Origin: Candidatus Sulfomarinibacteraceae bacterium
Lineage (GTDB): Bacteria; Acidobacteriota; Thermoanaerobaculia; Thermoanaerobaculales; Sulfomarinibacteraceae
DNA: 64,000 nt
Reading direction: 5' to 3'
Assembly (NCBI GenBank): GCA_963796455.1
Contig: CAWCLO010000003.1
Span: forward strand, 307,574 to 371,573
Made by a program: the position numbers and the translations under genes. Shown piece after piece: positions 47,145 through 60,029 of the stretch. The notes below the pieces were generated by a model, which had not been told where the DNA came from, ran no database searches, and was given only the letters and a program-made list of their open reading frames with translations. How positions within the stretch are numbered: the first letter of the stretch is position 1; each line of letters opens with the position of its first letter.

Positions 47145-49868
47145 TTACCCCGTATTCTGCATACCCCGCGCAATACCCAGCACCGTCACTTTGAGTGCTT
47201 CCTCGAGCTCCGGGTCGCTACAACCGCCGGCTCGCCACCGCGCCAGCAGATCCACCTGCAACAGACTGATAGGGTCGACGTAGGGATTGCGGAGGCGGAT
47301 CGAGCGCCGCAGCACCGGTTCTCGTTCGAGAGGTTCACGGATGCCCTGTAGATCGCAGATCAGCTCCCGGGTTCGGCCGTACTCGGCCAGGATCCCGGGG
47401 AACAGCCTTTCGCCTGTCTCGCCCGCCAGCCCAGCGTAACGTTCGGCGATTCCCATATCGGCCTTGGCGAGCACCATCTCGACGTCGGCCAGGAGATTGT
47501 CGAAAAACGGCCAGTCACGTGCCATCCCGCGGAGGACGTCCTCGCCGTGGGCGTCGATGGCCGCGGCAAGACCCGCGCCGACGCCGTACCAGCCCGGCAA
47601 AAGGTGACGGTTCTGCATCCAGGAGAACACCCAGGGGATGGCGCGCAGATTTTCGACTCCCTCACCCGAGCGGCGGGAGGCTGGTCGCGAGCCGATCTCG
47701 AGCCGCTCGATCACGTCGATGGGCGTGGCAGAACGAAAGTAGGGTATGAAGTCCGGGTCCTCATACACCAGCGCGCGGTATGTTGACCGCCCCTCGCGCG
47801 CAATGGTGGTCATGGCGGCGGTGAATTCCGGGTCGAAGCCCCTCCCGTCACAATCATCGGCGCTGGCCTCGAGCACCGCACCCGTCATCAGTTCGAGGGT
47901 GCGCAATGCGATCCCCCGCAGTCCGTATTTGGCGTGGATGATCTCACCCTGCTCGGTGAGCCGCATCCGCCCGTGCATGACGCCCGCCGGCTGCGCGAGA
48001 ATGCCCGCCCGCGGCTTGCTGCCGCCGCGGCTCGGGGTGCCGCCGCGGCCGTGAAACAAAGTGAGTTCGACCCCTGCCCGGTCGGCGACCTCTGACAGTG
48101 CCGACTCCGCACGATAGAGCGCCCATCGCGAGGCTGCGAGACCGGACTCCTTGCTGGAGTCCGAGTAACCCATCATCACGATCTGCCGGTCGCCCCTTGA
48201 GGCGACGTGTGCGCGGTAGAGAGGATTGTCAAGCAGGGAGGTCAGAGTCTCGGCCGCGTGATCGAGGTCGCCGACGGTCTCGAACAACGGCGCGACGTCA
48301 AGCGGTACGCCGCCACCGGGATCGATCAGCCCGGCACACTTCGCGAGGTACAGCACCGCCAGTGCGTCATCCGGTCCTTGCGCCATGGAGATGATGTAGG
48401 GCCCGAATGCTTCCGGACCAAAGACCTCTCGCCCCTCGGCGATCGCGCGGAAGACGTCGAGGGTCTTGGCGACGCCGGAATCAGAGGAAGCCTCGACTTC
48501 AACGGCTGACCGCAGGGCCTCGCGCAGAACCGAAGTGCGTTCGAGGGTGCCGGCGTATTCAAATGCGGGGTCATCGAGAAGGACGCCGACTGTAAACCGG
48601 TGGACCACGGCGTCCTGCCGGAGATCGAGGCCCGCCAGGTGGAATCCAAAGGTGGCGACACGTTGTACGAGCCGGGATGTCCTGAGAAGGCCGGCGTGCT
48701 CTCCTTTGTGGCGGCGGAGGCTGGCGGTCACCAACTCGAGGTCCTGATGGAAGCCTGAGGCCGACGAGTAGGCGTGGTCGGCATCGATTTTGGTCGCCTC
48801 CAGGCGCGCCCAACAGAACCACAGCAGGATCCGGTACGGCATATCGTCATAACGATCCGGAATCCCAGCCGCCACGTCCGGCATGGTTCGTCGATAGTGC
48901 GCGCATCTTTCCTCGAGTTTCGCATCTACGGGGACCCGGGATCGAGACTGGCTGAGGTGACCGAAGAGCTCCCGAACCTCGGTGATGTAGCGGCCGATGA
49001 TCATCTCGCGCTGACGGTCGAGGGTGCGACGGATCGTGTCGGGCCCGACATTGGGGTTGCCGTCCATATCGCCGCCGACCCACGAACCGAATCGCACGAA
49101 CGGACCCGGGAGACCTCCTCCGGCTTCGGCGCCGAAGGCCGTGAGGAATGCGGCAGACATCGCCTCGTCGAGAGCAGGCACCACGCGATAGATGACGTCG
49201 ATCAGGTAGAACAGGACATGCTCCATCTCGTCGGCCACCGTCCGCCTGACACCGGGGTGTTCGGCGGTTTGCCACATCAGCGTGATCTCGTCACGAAGCT
49301 GTCCCGTGAGCGCGGCATCTTCAGGCGGTGTGCGTTCGCTGTGTTGCAATCGGTCGATCAGGAGAGCTGCGACGCGCTGTTCTTTGGCGAGAATGGTGCG
49401 GCGGATGGCTTCGGTGGGGTGGGCGGTGAAGACAGGTTCCACCAGCATTTCCTGGAGGACGGCGCGGACCTCATGATGCTCCACGCCGGAAGCCGCGAGT
49501 CGATGCATGACGTCATCGAGGCTGCCCGGTTGCGGCGTGCCCGACCGCAGGTATTCGCGGCGGCGCCGGATGCGTTGGACCCGTTCCGCCATGTTGACCA
49601 CCGAGAAGTAGGCCGAGAATGCGCGCGCCACCTCGGCCGCCAGGAGCGGATCGAGACCGCCCAGCAACTCAGCCAGGGTCATCTCAGAATTCTCGTCGCC
49701 ACTCCTCCGAGCACGTGCCGCGACCCGTGCCCCCTCGACGATCTCGAAGAGTCCATCACCGTTTTGTTCGCGCAGCACCTCGCCGAGCAGTGCCCCGAGA
49801 AAACTCACATCCCGGCGCAGTGCGTCGGTGTCGCGGTCGGGTCCCTCGAATATTGCGGTAGTCGTCAT
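47145..49868 (-). CDS. ppc: Phosphoenolpyruvate carboxylase
   Basis: VFTAHPTE, GSWVGGDMDGNP, MMGYSDSSK, FHGRGG, LRAIPWVFSW, GMQNTG. Confidence 0.98.
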   Translation of the reverse strand: MTTTAIFEGPDRDTDALRRDVSFLGALLGEVLREQNGDGLFEIVEGARVAARARRSGDENSEMTLAELLGGLDPLLAAEVARAFSAYFSVVNMAERVQRIRRRREYLRSGTPQPGSLDDVMHRLAASGVEHHEVRAVLQEMLVEPVFTAHPTEAIRRTILAKEQRVAALLIDRLQHSERTPPEDAALTGQLRDEITLMWQTAEHPGVRRTVADEMEHVLFYLIDVIYRVVPALDEAMSAAFLTAFGAEAGGGLPGPFVRFGSWVGGDMDGNPNVGPDTIRRTLDRQREMIIGRYITEVRELFGHLSQSRSRVPVDAKLEERCAHYRRTMPDVAAGIPDRYDDMPYRILLWFCWARLEATKIDADHAYSSASGFHQDLELVTASLRRHKGEHAGLLRTSRLVQRVATFGFHLAGLDLRQDAVVHRFTVGVLLDDPAFEYAGTLERTSVLREALRSAVEVEASSDSGVAKTLDVFRAIAEGREVFGPEAFGPYIISMAQGPDDALAVLYLAKCAGLIDPGGGVPLDVAPLFETVGDLDHAAETLTSLLDNPLYRAHVASRGDRQIVMMGYSDSSKESGLAASRWALYRAESALSEVADRAGVELTLFHGRGGTPSRGGSKPRAGILAQPAGVMHGRMRLTEQGEIIHAKYGLRGIALRTLELMTGAVLEASADDCDGRGFDPEFTAAMTTIAREGRSTYRALVYEDPDFIPYFRSATPIDVIERLEIGSRPASRRSGEGVENLRAIPWVFSWMQNRHLLPGWYGVGAGLAAAIDAHGEDVLRGMARDWPFFDNLLADVEMVLAKADMGIAERYAGLAGETGERLFPGILAEYGRTRELICDLQGIREPLEREPVLRRSIRLRNPYVDPISLLQVDLLARWRAGGCSDPELEEALKVTVLGIARGMQNTG

Positions 49869-50107
49869 GGACCCTCATAACACCACGGACACGCTGCAAT
49901 ATCCAGAATCGGTACCAGGTCCGCAGTACCGCGGTCGCTTGCAGAAACTGCGGAACTCAGGACCTGGCGCCCGTACCGACCCGGTGACACTCCCAGCGGC
50001 CGGACCGCAGTCGCCACCGCTGTGGCGCCGGCAGAGGTGCGGGCCGTTTTCTGTCAGCAGCCTCGACGGGCGGTGACAGATTCGTTGGATCGGGGGCATG
50101 TAAGGCC

Positions 50108-53100
50108 CTACCCGAGCACCACGTGGACCTCGTGCTCACGAGCGTCGTCAGTCAATGGGACGAGGGCATCTGACGGTAGCCGGGTCCCGTCGAGGCTGAG
50201 ACTGGAGATTCCCCGGCAGACTCCCTGCGGGTTTTCGACGGTGATCCGGTAGAGCGCGGCGCCGTGCCGGTAGGCGATCTCGAAGTGCTTCCAATCCTTC
50301 GGAATGCAGGGATCGATGCGGAGGGCGGAGCCCCGCTTCTGGAATCCGAGAATCCACTCCAGACCGAGGCGGTAGAGCCATCCCGCAGCCCCGGTGTACC
50401 ACGTCCACCCTCCCCGCCCCACGTTCGGCGGCTCGGTATAGACATCCGCGGCAACTGCGAAGGGCTCCACTTTGTACACGTCGACAGCGGTGCGGTCGCC
50501 GGCGTGGTGGATGGGGTTGAGCAGGTTGAACAGGTCGAGGGCCGTGTCGCCCTCGCCGAGCATGGCAAAGGCGACGGCCGACCATGTCGCAGCGTGGGTG
50601 TACTGCCCGCCGTTTTCCCGGACACCCGGGAGATAGCCCTTGATGTATCCGGGGTCCAACGGGGTCCGGTCGAATGGCGGCGAAAAGAGCGGCATCAGGC
50701 GATCATCGCGCCGGACGAGTCTTTGCTCCACTGACTTCATGGCGCGACGTGACCGCTCCGGGTCGCCCGCACCGGAGATGACCGCCCACGACTGGGCTAT
50801 GGAGTCGATCCGGCACTCTTCGTTGGCCGCCGATCCGAGCGGCGTGCCGTCGTCGAAAAAAGCGCGCTTATACCACTCCCCGTCCCACGCCTCCTTCTCA
50901 AGGGCAGCCTCGACAGACGCGGCCCTGCTCCGCCACCGCGTCGCCCGTTCGTCTTCGCCGCGGGCCTCGGCGACGCCGGCGAATTCCCGCAGGTTCATGA
51001 GCAGAAACCAGCCCAGCCAGACGCTTTCTCCCCGGCCCTCACGGCCGACGCGGTTCATGCCGTCGTTCCAGTCCCCGGCCCCGATCAAGGGAAGGCCATG
51101 GCTGCCCACTTCGAGGCTACAGTCCAGCGCCCGCGCGCAGTGTTCGTACAAAGTCGCCCGATCTTCTGACTGCTTGGGCTCGAAGTAGGCCTCTTGTTCA
51201 TCTTCCTCCAGGGCCGGTCCCTCGATCCACGCGATTTCTTCGTCGAGCACCGCCTCGTCGTCGGTCATCCGGAGATAGCGAATCGCCGCGTATGGCAACC
51301 AGAGACGGTCGTCAGATATCCGGGTCCGCACGCCCCGGCCCGTCGGGGGGTGCCACCAGTGCTGGACATCACCTTCGGGGAACTGCCGGGCAGCGGCCCG
51401 AAGGAGATGTTCGCGCACGATATCGGGTCGCGCCACTGCCAGGGCCAGGACATCCTGGAGCTGGTCGCGGAACCCGTACGCCCCGCCGGACTGGTAAAAG
51501 GCGGACCGGGCCCTGATCCGGCAGGAGAGCGTCTGATAAAGGAGCCAGCGGTTGAGGAGGAGGTCCATCGAGGGGTCGGGAGTCTTCACCTGAACAGCAC
51601 CCAACACCCGGTCCCATCCTTCAGTGACGTCGAGAAAAGCCGCGTCCAGATCCACCTTACGGTAGTGCTCGACCAGCGATCGGGCGCTTTCGCGGCTCGC
51701 CTCCTCGCCGAGCAGGAATACGAATTCCGTGCGCTCGCCCGGTTCGAGCTCTACGCCCGCCCGCAGGGCGACGCACGGGTCGAGGCCCGCTCCGGTCTTC
51801 CCCGAAAGCTCCCGCTCCAGCGACGCGGGTCGATCGAGACCGGCGTTGCGGCCGAGGAACTCGAGGCGATCGCCGGTGCAGGTGGTCTGGCGCCCGCCGA
51901 GGTCGGCGAAGGCTATCTGATCGGAGAACTCCGCGTTCCAGGAGTTGCGCGCAAACATCGCGCCGGTCGCGGCATCGATCTCGGTGACCACGAATCCTGC
52001 GGAGCCGCCCCTCGCGACCCCCAGCACCCACTCCGCAAAGGCCGTGACTGAAAGCCTCCGTTTGCGTTTGGACCGGTTCTTCAGGGTGAGTCGGGAGATC
52101 TTGACGGGGTCCGACGCAGGAACGAACTGCACCAGGTCCAGCGCAATGCCGTGGGCCGTGTGTTCGAAGCGACTGTAGCCCTGGCCGTGCCGCGCGACAT
52201 ATGGCGAGTCCTCCTCGCGGACAGGGAGCATGGTCGGTCCCCACACGAGGCCGCTGTCCACATCTCGGACGTAGAACGCCTCGCCCGGAGGGTCGCTGAC
52301 TGGATCGTTCGACCAGGGGGTGAGCTTGTTCTCGCGGCTGTTTGCAGACCACGTGTGGCCCGAGCCCGCCTCCGAGGTCTGAAACCCGAAAACAGGGTTG
52401 GCCACCACGTTGATCCAGGGAGCAGGAGTCCACTGCCCGGTCCCGAGCGCCATGACGTACTCGCGGCCGTCCGTCGTAAATCCCCCCAGGCCGTTGAAGA
52501 ACTCGAGATTCAGAGCGGGGGGGGCAACGGTTCCGGTCGACTTTGGTTGCGTGCGGAGCGGAGGCGGAACCGGCTCCAGCGTTGGCCTCCCCAGCCGGAC
52601 CACCTGCTCGGACAGCGTGCCCCGGCGCGCCAGGACCTCCAGCCGCGCCGCGGCGTGCAGCAGGTTCTGGTCCGCCTCCGGCACCAGGTCGGCCCTCAGC
52701 ACGAAGACGCCTCCGTGTTCCCTGTGCGTCTCGTGGCCGGCCGCCGACTGGCTCGCACGCACCATCCCTTCGAGAGACTCCTGGAGGCCGGCTGCGTAGG
52801 ACGTTGCCTGCGCATTGAGGATCACCAGGTCGGCGGATATCCCCTTCCGGTACCAGTACTCGTGCGCCCGCAGGAGCTGCCTCGCGACCTCCCGCTCCTC
52901 TTCCGTCTCGATGCGCACCAGAGCGATCGGCAGGTCACCGGAGATCCCGTAGGCCCAGAGCCCTGACTGGCCGCCGCGGTTTTTCGCCAGCTCCGGAGGC
53001 GCCGCACGCAGCGTGGGATCGACATAGAGCAGGCGATTCGCCAGCCGCTGGAAGAGATGCGCCTCGTCCTGGGTGATCCGGAGATGGTGCAGCTGGACCT

Positions 53101-56100
53101 GGGCCTGGGTCCAGGCCAGCGAGCTCGCCCTCTCGAAGGTCGCCTGCTGGCGGTACTTCTCAGCCCCCGTGAGAGCCTCCTCCCGCGAACCCGCCACCAA
53201 GGTCGTGAACACGAGGTGAACCGTGCCGCCACCGGGAATCGCAACCCGCTGCCGCAAGCTCATGATGGGATCGAGAACAGTCCCCACCGTGTTCGAGAGC
53301 GGTTCCCCGCCGACCACGGACAAGGCCGCCCGAACCCCGCGGCCGCGGCCCAGAAAACGCTCCCGATCGCTTTCGTACTGCAGCTCGCCGAGCGGTTCCT
53401 CCTCGAGAGCAATCAGATGTGCGAGCCACACCCGCGACTCGTCCGCCGACCGCGGCCGACGTGACGCCAGCAGCGTCCCCAGCCCCGGCACGAATTCCGT
53501 CTCCACGAAGAGATTGGAAAAAGCGGGATGGGCCTCGTCGGCGGCCTGCGGAGCCAAAACCACCTCGGCATAGGAGGTGACATCGATCTCACGGTCCCGG
53601 TCCTCGAGATTGGTGACCGTCAGCCGGCGAAGCTCGGCATCGTCCTCCGGGGAGACCACGATCTCGAGGGTGGTCGACAGCGACTGGTGCCGCTGCATGA
53701 TCTTGGCGCGATCCTCGGAGTAGACAACGTCGTAGGCGTCCGCCTCGGTCCCGCTGGGCTGGAATCCGGCCGACCAGAGGTCACCGGTGTCCGCGTCCCG
53801 CAAGTAGATGAAGGAGCCCCAGCAGTCACGGGTCGCGTCCTCCCGCCAGCGGGTGACAGCGAGGTTGTCCCACCGACTGAAGCCGGCGCCGGCAGCCGTG
53901 ACCATCACGGTGTAACGGCCGTTGGACAGGAGGTGAGTGCGCGGCGTGATGTCATGCGGCGATTCAAAGCGGCGCAGGGTCGGCGGGACGAGGCCGCGAA
54001 CGAGCGCAGCCACCCGCACCTCTTCGGCCCGCGGCCGGGCAACCGCAACCGAGCGTGGCGTTCGTTCCTGGAGCAGGAGTTCTGCGGCCTGGATCAGGGG
54101 ATGGGCGTGAAAACGCCTTCGTGTCACGCCATCGTGAACCACGTTCCCCAGGGCGACGACGGTCATCCCCTGGTGGTGGGCCATGTAGGCCCGTACAACA
54201 GCCACCCGGTCGCCGTCGGGCAACCTCGACGGGGTGTAGTCGAGGGCTTCGTAGAAGCCGTACGCGCCGCGGGCCCCGGCCTCCTCGAGACGGGCAAAGT
54301 TTTCCAACGCGTCCTTGGGATCGACCATGGCCGCGAGGGCGGTAGCATAGGGAGCCACGACCACGTCCTCGCCCAGCCCTCGTTTGAACCCCAGACCGGG
54401 AACGCCGAAATCCGAGTACTGATATGTGAGGTGCACGTCACGAACGTTGTAGGCGGATTCGGAGACCCCCCACGGGACCTTCCGGTCCACGCCGTAGCGG
54501 ATTTGATACCCCACCACCAGCCGGCAGGTGAGGTCGAGCAGGCTGTGGGCAGGCTGCCGCATCACGAGCAGCGGCATGAGGTACTCGAACATCGACCCTG
54601 ACCAGGAAACGAGGGCCGCCCCGCGGCCCACCGGCGTGAGCGCCCGGCCCAAACTGAACCAGTGCCGGGGCGACACGTCGCCCTTGGCGATGGCGACAAA
54701 ACTCGCCAGTCTGGCCTCGGAGGCCAGAAGGTCGTAGCAGCCGGGATCGCGCGTTTGATCGGCCACGCGGTACCCGATCGAGAAGACCTTGCGCGAGGTG
54801 TCGAAGAGAAACCTGAAGTCCATGGCCTGGACCATCGCCTCGGCACGCACTGCGAGGTCGGAGAAGTGATGGCCGAGAATCGTCTCCGCCCTCGCCTGTC
54901 CCTCGATCCTCTCGCAGAGCCCGTCCGTTTCGAGGTCCCGGGTGTGGCTCCGGACAGTATTCCAAACAGCCTTCGCCCAAGCCAGGACCTCTGTCGTGGA
55001 AAGATCTTCGTCGTTGTTGGTAAGGCTCGAGGCGACGTCCACGAGCCTTTCCGCCCGGGCCCCGAGATCTTCGAGACATCGGGCCCACTCGCCTGCGGCC
55101 GTCGGGGGACCCTCGAGAACGGCCAGTATTCCTTCCGCCTCTTCACGGAGCTGTCCCACCGCTACCATGGGCGAAAGCCGCGGAGGCCCGACCTTTTCGA
55201 GCGACTCGAGTACCAAGTAGACGGCGTCACCGACGCCCGCCAGGGTTTCTGGGCCGATAGACCGCCGGTGCGCGAGCTCGCGGCACGCCTGGGCGAGGGC
55301 GATCAGGTGCCCGGCGAGGTTGCCGCTATCGACGGTGGAAATGTAGATCGGCTCCAGCGGCTTCAGGTCCAGGGTGTCGTACCAATTGCAGAAGTGGCCC
55401 TGGACGCGGTGCAGACCGGCCATGGTCTGCAACGTCGCCTCGAGCCGATCCGCAGTGTCCTGAGCACCGATCCAGCCGAAGTCGTGCGCGCTCATCACGC
55501 TGAGCAGATAAAGGCCGATGTTCGTCGGTGAGGTTCGGTGGGCCCGGACCGGCTCGGGGTCCTCCTGGAAGTTGTCGGGCGGGAGGGCGTGCTCCTGGTC
55601 GTCGACAAAGGTGTCGAAGAAACGCCAGGTGCGGCGGGCGATGAGCCGCAGCGAGCGCGTCTCCCGGGTGGAAAGCGTCAGCAATGCCGCGTCCTCCGAT
55701 GGCACGCTGACGCGGAGGGCGAGGGCCGGAGCCAGCACCCAGAGGAGAATGAAAGGGGCCGCCACGGGAAGGGCCTCCGGTTTGAACGCCACGCAAAGCG
55801 AGCCGGCCCCGAGGGCGACCAGCACGCCCCAGCGAAGGTCTCGGTAGAAAGACCTCAACGTCAGGGTGGCCCCATAGCCCGCCTGCGCCGCCGTAACCCA
55901 CTCGAGCATGTTTCTCCGCGTCAGGTAGATCCGCCAGAGCGTGCGTACAACGGCATCCGCCATCAGACACGCCTGATCGGCGAGCATGGTGACAAGGAGC
56001 AAGGTCTGCGACGAGGCGACGAAGATGTCTCGGCCCACCGCGCGCAGGTAGCTTCGCTTGGAGATCCGCGATCGCCGCGGGCGGAGATTGTCGAGGACCG

Positions 56101-58741
56101 GGAAAAAGGCCGGCACCGCGATCGATCCCACGATCAGACCGGCCCACAGGAGCGCAGGGACATCGGGCAGGATCCAGGCGGTCACCAATACCAGCAACGA
56201 CGACGGCGCGACCAGGCTTCGGCGGAGGTTGTCCACCATCTTCCACCGATCCTCGACGGGAATACGGGTCTTCTCTTTCCGCCCCGCGGTGTTTCGCGCG
56301 TGGCCAAGGATCCACGGCAGGAGCTGCCAATCGCCCCGCGCCCAGCGATGGTGGCGGCGGGCGGCCACCTCGTAGTTGGTGGGGAACTCCTCGAAGAGAT
56401 CCACGTCGGTCAACAGCCCCGCGCGCGCAAAGACGCCCTCGAAAAGGTCGTGACTGAGGAGCGCGCTCTCCGGGACCTTGCCCTCCAGAGCCGCCTCGAA
56501 GATGTCGACGTCGTAGATCCCCTTCCCCGTGTACGAGCCCCCCTCGAAGAGGTCCTGGTAGACATCGGACACCGCCGCCGCGTAAGGGTCCACGCCGCCG
56601 GGGCCCGAGACGATCCGCTGGTAGGTGGTGCTGCGAGGGCCGGTCGGCAGCGACGGCGTGATCCGGGGTTGCAGGATCCCGTAACCCCCGACGACGCGTC
56701 CCTTGCGCAAGTCGAACCGCGGCCGGTTGAACGGGTGCGCGATCGCCCCGATCAGGCGGTAGGCGGCCCCTTTGGGAAGCCGGGTGTCGGCATCCAGGGT
56801 GATGACATAGCGAACCCCCTCCGGCACCTCGGGCGGCCGTCCGTTGATTGGCATGAACGTGGTGTCAGTCGCGCCACGCAACAGACGGTTCAGCTCGTGG
56901 AGCTTGCCCCGCTTCCTCTCCCATCCGATCCACTTGCCCTCGCCCTCGTTCCACAGACGGCGCCGATGCAGCACGAGGAAACGCTGTCCCTCTCCGGTCG
57001 CGCCTTCGTACTTCTCGTTCAGACGCTCGATGCCCTCGATCAGGGCCGCCAGAAGCTCGTCGTCTCCGCGCCGGTGCTCGTGGCTGGAGTCTGTCCAGTC
57101 GGAGAGGAGGGCGAAGTGGAGGTGTCCTTCGGAGTTCGCGAGGTAGTGCACCTCGAGCCGCTCAAGCTGCTCTTCGATGTCGGCCCGGCTGTTGAGAAAC
57201 GTGGGCACGACGACCATGGATCGGAATTCCGCAGGCACTCCGCCGGAGAGTTCGAGCTTGGGGTGCAACCTGGGTGCGACGAGAGACGTGACCATGCGGT
57301 GGACGAGAACCACCGCGATCTCCGAAGCGGGCGCGAGACCCAGGATCCCCAGCAGGACTACGACCTGGAGGCCCGCCCCGGCGTTCCAGGTGAGCAACAG
57401 GGCGCAGGCGAGCAGGACGGCGGTGATGCCGGCAATCGCTCCCAGGTAGCCGACGATCGCATGGGCGCGATAGAAGCGGCGGAGTCTGATTCGCAGGGGA
57501 ACACGCAGGCCGAGATATTTCTCGAACGCCAGCCGTCCCTGGGACAGGATGTAGTACGCCGGATCCTCCTCGGCAGGCCGACGAATGCTGGCTCGATCAG
57601 GGTCGGTTTCCCGTGGAACGGGCGCGGTTCCCCCCGCCCCCCATTCGCCGGGCCAAGCATCCGTGCTCTCGCGGCCTGCATCGCGCGCCAGGCGCACGGC
57701 ATCCTGTGCCACCTCGAGCTCCGTGTGCCCCGAGCCCCGGGAGAGCAGTTCGATCTGGGTCCGGCACAGGCTCCTGGTCTCGGAGTCCATGTCTGCGAAG
57801 CCCGGGACGGCGCGGAGAGTTTCGTCGACCAGGCTGACCGATTCGAAGAAACCGGTCCAATCGACCGAGGACATCCAGTGCATGCTGGTAATGATGTTGC
57901 AGACGGTGACGTTGGCTGCGCCCTGGGCGTGCTGCTCCCGGGCAATCACCTCATCGGCCGACGTCTCCTGGGCGCTCAGCATCTCGTTGAGTCGGTCCAA
58001 TACCGGAAGGACCGAGAGGTCCTGGTCTCGAAGCCGCTGGAAGAGCTGCATGGCGAAAGCATCGGCGAGAGGGCCGTCGCCCAGGCGCCGCAGAATCTGC
58101 TCCCCCGTCTCCGCCCGCCAGCCGCTGAGACCCAGCAGCCGGTCCGCCAGCTCGTCGGCCCTGGCCCGCGCCTGATGGGAGCGGACGATCAACTGCGCCA
58201 AACGCCGCAGATTCTCCACCAGGGCCACCCGGAGGTGGATGGCGATCGCCCATCCCTCACCGATGGTCAGCGGTTGAACTCGCTGGTAGGCGCGGACGAA
58301 CTGTCGCAGAGTCTCCAGCTGAAACCGGCTGTCGGTGTGGGCGACATAGGCCCAGGCCAGCCCGTAAACACGGGGGTGTCCGACGAGGTGACCTTCCGCG
58401 ATTTTGGGCAACAGACGGTAATAGCCCTTCGGCAGGTGATCCCTGATGTCCCGGATCTGTTCGTCGACGATGTGGAAGTTGTCGAGGAGCCACTCCGCGG
58501 CAGGTGTGATTTCCTTCTTCTCCCGTACCGTCTCGGCAATGTCCCTGTAGGCGGCGAGAAGGACCCGTGCATCGTCATCGATCCGGGCGAGGAGATTCAC
58601 TCTTTTTGACGGCTTCTCCGTCGTCCGTTGTGCGGCGGCCAGGCTCTCGGCGTGCTGCTCCAGGCGCTTCACCCCGAAGATCTCGGCACGGATCGGCTGG
58701 TCGACATGAGGCGCCGCCATGACGGCGTCGGTGGCGCGCAC
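50108..58741 (-). CDS. ndvB: Cyclic beta-1,2-glucan synthase-like protein (NdvB/ChvB; GT84 plus GH94)
   Basis: 2877 aa; [63 protein letters not shown]. Confidence 0.9.
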   Translation of the reverse strand: MRATDAVMAAPHVDQPIRAEIFGVKRLEQHAESLAAAQRTTEKPSKRVNLLARIDDDARVLLAAYRDIAETVREKKEITPAAEWLLDNFHIVDEQIRDIRDHLPKGYYRLLPKIAEGHLVGHPRVYGLAWAYVAHTDSRFQLETLRQFVRAYQRVQPLTIGEGWAIAIHLRVALVENLRRLAQLIVRSHQARARADELADRLLGLSGWRAETGEQILRRLGDGPLADAFAMQLFQRLRDQDLSVLPVLDRLNEMLSAQETSADEVIAREQHAQGAANVTVCNIITSMHWMSSVDWTGFFESVSLVDETLRAVPGFADMDSETRSLCRTQIELLSRGSGHTELEVAQDAVRLARDAGRESTDAWPGEWGAGGTAPVPRETDPDRASIRRPAEEDPAYYILSQGRLAFEKYLGLRVPLRIRLRRFYRAHAIVGYLGAIAGITAVLLACALLLTWNAGAGLQVVVLLGILGLAPASEIAVVLVHRMVTSLVAPRLHPKLELSGGVPAEFRSMVVVPTFLNSRADIEEQLERLEVHYLANSEGHLHFALLSDWTDSSHEHRRGDDELLAALIEGIERLNEKYEGATGEGQRFLVLHRRRLWNEGEGKWIGWERKRGKLHELNRLLRGATDTTFMPINGRPPEVPEGVRYVITLDADTRLPKGAAYRLIGAIAHPFNRPRFDLRKGRVVGGYGILQPRITPSLPTGPRSTTYQRIVSGPGGVDPYAAAVSDVYQDLFEGGSYTGKGIYDVDIFEAALEGKVPESALLSHDLFEGVFARAGLLTDVDLFEEFPTNYEVAARRHHRWARGDWQLLPWILGHARNTAGRKEKTRIPVEDRWKMVDNLRRSLVAPSSLLVLVTAWILPDVPALLWAGLIVGSIAVPAFFPVLDNLRPRRSRISKRSYLRAVGRDIFVASSQTLLLVTMLADQACLMADAVVRTLWRIYLTRRNMLEWVTAAQAGYGATLTLRSFYRDLRWGVLVALGAGSLCVAFKPEALPVAAPFILLWVLAPALALRVSVPSEDAALLTLSTRETRSLRLIARRTWRFFDTFVDDQEHALPPDNFQEDPEPVRAHRTSPTNIGLYLLSVMSAHDFGWIGAQDTADRLEATLQTMAGLHRVQGHFCNWYDTLDLKPLEPIYISTVDSGNLAGHLIALAQACRELAHRRSIGPETLAGVGDAVYLVLESLEKVGPPRLSPMVAVGQLREEAEGILAVLEGPPTAAGEWARCLEDLGARAERLVDVASSLTNNDEDLSTTEVLAWAKAVWNTVRSHTRDLETDGLCERIEGQARAETILGHHFSDLAVRAEAMVQAMDFRFLFDTSRKVFSIGYRVADQTRDPGCYDLLASEARLASFVAIAKGDVSPRHWFSLGRALTPVGRGAALVSWSGSMFEYLMPLLVMRQPAHSLLDLTCRLVVGYQIRYGVDRKVPWGVSESAYNVRDVHLTYQYSDFGVPGLGFKRGLGEDVVVAPYATALAAMVDPKDALENFARLEEAGARGAYGFYEALDYTPSRLPDGDRVAVVRAYMAHHQGMTVVALGNVVHDGVTRRRFHAHPLIQAAELLLQERTPRSVAVARPRAEEVRVAALVRGLVPPTLRRFESPHDITPRTHLLSNGRYTVMVTAAGAGFSRWDNLAVTRWREDATRDCWGSFIYLRDADTGDLWSAGFQPSGTEADAYDVVYSEDRAKIMQRHQSLSTTLEIVVSPEDDAELRRLTVTNLEDRDREIDVTSYAEVVLAPQAADEAHPAFSNLFVETEFVPGLGTLLASRRPRSADESRVWLAHLIALEEEPLGELQYESDRERFLGRGRGVRAALSVVGGEPLSNTVGTVLDPIMSLRQRVAIPGGGTVHLVFTTLVAGSREEALTGAEKYRQQATFERASSLAWTQAQVQLHHLRITQDEAHLFQRLANRLLYVDPTLRAAPPELAKNRGGQSGLWAYGISGDLPIALVRIETEEEREVARQLLRAHEYWYRKGISADLVILNAQATSYAAGLQESLEGMVRASQSAAGHETHREHGGVFVLRADLVPEADQNLLHAAARLEVLARRGTLSEQVVRLGRPTLEPVPPPLRTQPKSTGTVAPPALNLEFFNGLGGFTTDGREYVMALGTGQWTPAPWINVVANPVFGFQTSEAGSGHTWSANSRENKLTPWSNDPVSDPPGEAFYVRDVDSGLVWGPTMLPVREEDSPYVARHGQGYSRFEHTAHGIALDLVQFVPASDPVKISRLTLKNRSKRKRRLSVTAFAEWVLGVARGGSAGFVVTEIDAATGAMFARNSWNAEFSDQIAFADLGGRQTTCTGDRLEFLGRNAGLDRPASLERELSGKTGAGLDPCVALRAGVELEPGERTEFVFLLGEEASRESARSLVEHYRKVDLDAAFLDVTEGWDRVLGAVQVKTPDPSMDLLLNRWLLYQTLSCRIRARSAFYQSGGAYGFRDQLQDVLALAVARPDIVREHLLRAAARQFPEGDVQHWWHPPTGRGVRTRISDDRLWLPYAAIRYLRMTDDEAVLDEEIAWIEGPALEEDEQEAYFEPKQSEDRATLYEHCARALDCSLEVGSHGLPLIGAGDWNDGMNRVGREGRGESVWLGWFLLMNLREFAGVAEARGEDERATRWRSRAASVEAALEKEAWDGEWYKRAFFDDGTPLGSAANEECRIDSIAQSWAVISGAGDPERSRRAMKSVEQRLVRRDDRLMPLFSPPFDRTPLDPGYIKGYLPGVRENGGQYTHAATWSAVAFAMLGEGDTALDLFNLLNPIHHAGDRTAVDVYKVEPFAVAADVYTEPPNVGRGGWTWYTGAAGWLYRLGLEWILGFQKRGSALRIDPCIPKDWKHFEIAYRHGAALYRITVENPQGVCRGISSLSLDGTRLPSDALVPLTDDAREHEVHVVLG

Positions 58742-59075
58742 GTTCAGCTGTCGTTCCGGCTGTACCTCACAGGAATGTACCTCCCGAGAAGTCTACTGGA
58801 GTTTCAGTCTCAAAGATACGCGGCTGGAGCAATAGCGCTGCCAGGTACAGAATTCCGCTCGGAGTGGACGCCGGGACAATCCGCCCTTGACTGTACCGTG
58901 GCTCTGGCCGCGAGGTGGATTCTGAAGCCTATCGACATTTCGGCCGTAACCTACTAGGAGGGTGCACAATGGGATATGCCAACCCTCGAAGAAACTTTTA
59001 GAATGCTCGAGCAGTGGAACCAAGCCGCTGCTCAAAAAGCAGGCAAAACCGAGGTCTCCTCCTATGCGAAGTGAC

Positions 59076-60029
59076 ATGCCGAACGAAACCGTCGACCCAT
59101 CGATGAAGAACCTGTTGGTGGTCCTCGGGCCTACCGCCTCCGGCAAGACGCGACTCGGTGTGGAGCTGGCGCGGGAGCTGGGTGGCGAGATCGTGTCCGC
59201 CGACTCACGGCAGGTGTACCGCGGTCTCGACATCGGGGCGGGAAAGGACCTGGACGAGTACTCCTCCGGTGGGTCTCCGGTGGCCTACCACCTCATCGAC
59301 ATCGTCGACCTCGAGTCGGAGTTCAACGTCTTTGAGTACCAGCAGAGGTTCTTCTCCGTGTTCGAGGATCTGCTGGCGCGCGGCGCGGTGCCGATCGTGG
59401 TCGGCGGCAGTGGGCTCTACCTCGAAGCGGTCTTGAACGGCTATCGCATGATCGACGTCCCCGCCGATCCGGTTCTGCGAGCGGATCTGGCGCCGTTGAG
59501 CCAGGCGGCATTGGTGCATCGGCTTCAGGCTCTGCGACCCGTGCACAACACGACGGATCTCGAAGATCGCGACCGCCTCGTGCGGGCGATCGAGATCGCA
59601 CAGTACTCGGCGCAGCACGAACCGGAACCCGGGCCCGACATCCGTCCGGTGGTTCTCGGCGTGCGTTGGGACAGGCGGGTGCTCCGCCAGCGAATCCGCG
59701 AGCGGCTTGGCGCAAGGCTGGAGGAGGGTTTGATCGAAGAGGTTCAGAATCTCCATGACGGGGGTGTCCCGTGGGAAAAGCTCTCCTTCCTGGGACTCGA
59801 ATACCGTTTTGTCTCGGATTTTCTCCGGGGCGACATCAAAAACAAGAACGACCTCAAACAGAAGCTCACGGCGGCCATCTGCAGCTTTGCCAAGCGGCAG
59901 GACACATGGTTTCGCCGGATGGAGCGGAGGGGGACCGAGATCCACTGGCTTGAAGGAGGCGATGTGGATCAAGCGCTTCGAGTCATCGCGGATTGCGGGT
60001 GGCCGATGAACAGTCGCGAGGACGGATGA
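59076..60029 (+). CDS. miaA: tRNA dimethylallyltransferase (start 59076 or 59103)
   Basis: GPTASGKT, SADSRQVYRGLDIG, GGSGLY, FAKRQDTWFR. Confidence 0.95.
   Translation: MPNETVDPSMKNLLVVLGPTASGKTRLGVELARELGGEIVSADSRQVYRGLDIGAGKDLDEYSSGGSPVAYHLIDIVDLESEFNVFEYQQRFFSVFEDLLARGAVPIVVGGSGLYLEAVLNGYRMIDVPADPVLRADLAPLSQAALVHRLQALRPVHNTTDLEDRDRLVRAIEIAQYSAQHEPEPGPDIRPVVLGVRWDRRVLRQRIRERLGARLEEGLIEEVQNLHDGGVPWEKLSFLGLEYRFVSDFLRGDIKNKNDLKQKLTAAICSFAKRQDTWFRRMERRGTEIHWLEGGDVDQALRVIADCGWPMNSREDG

Noticed and set aside
55538..58609. 1023-aa plus-strand ORF and other long antisense ORFs
   Set aside because: Shadow frames of high-GC genes with no recognisable motifs
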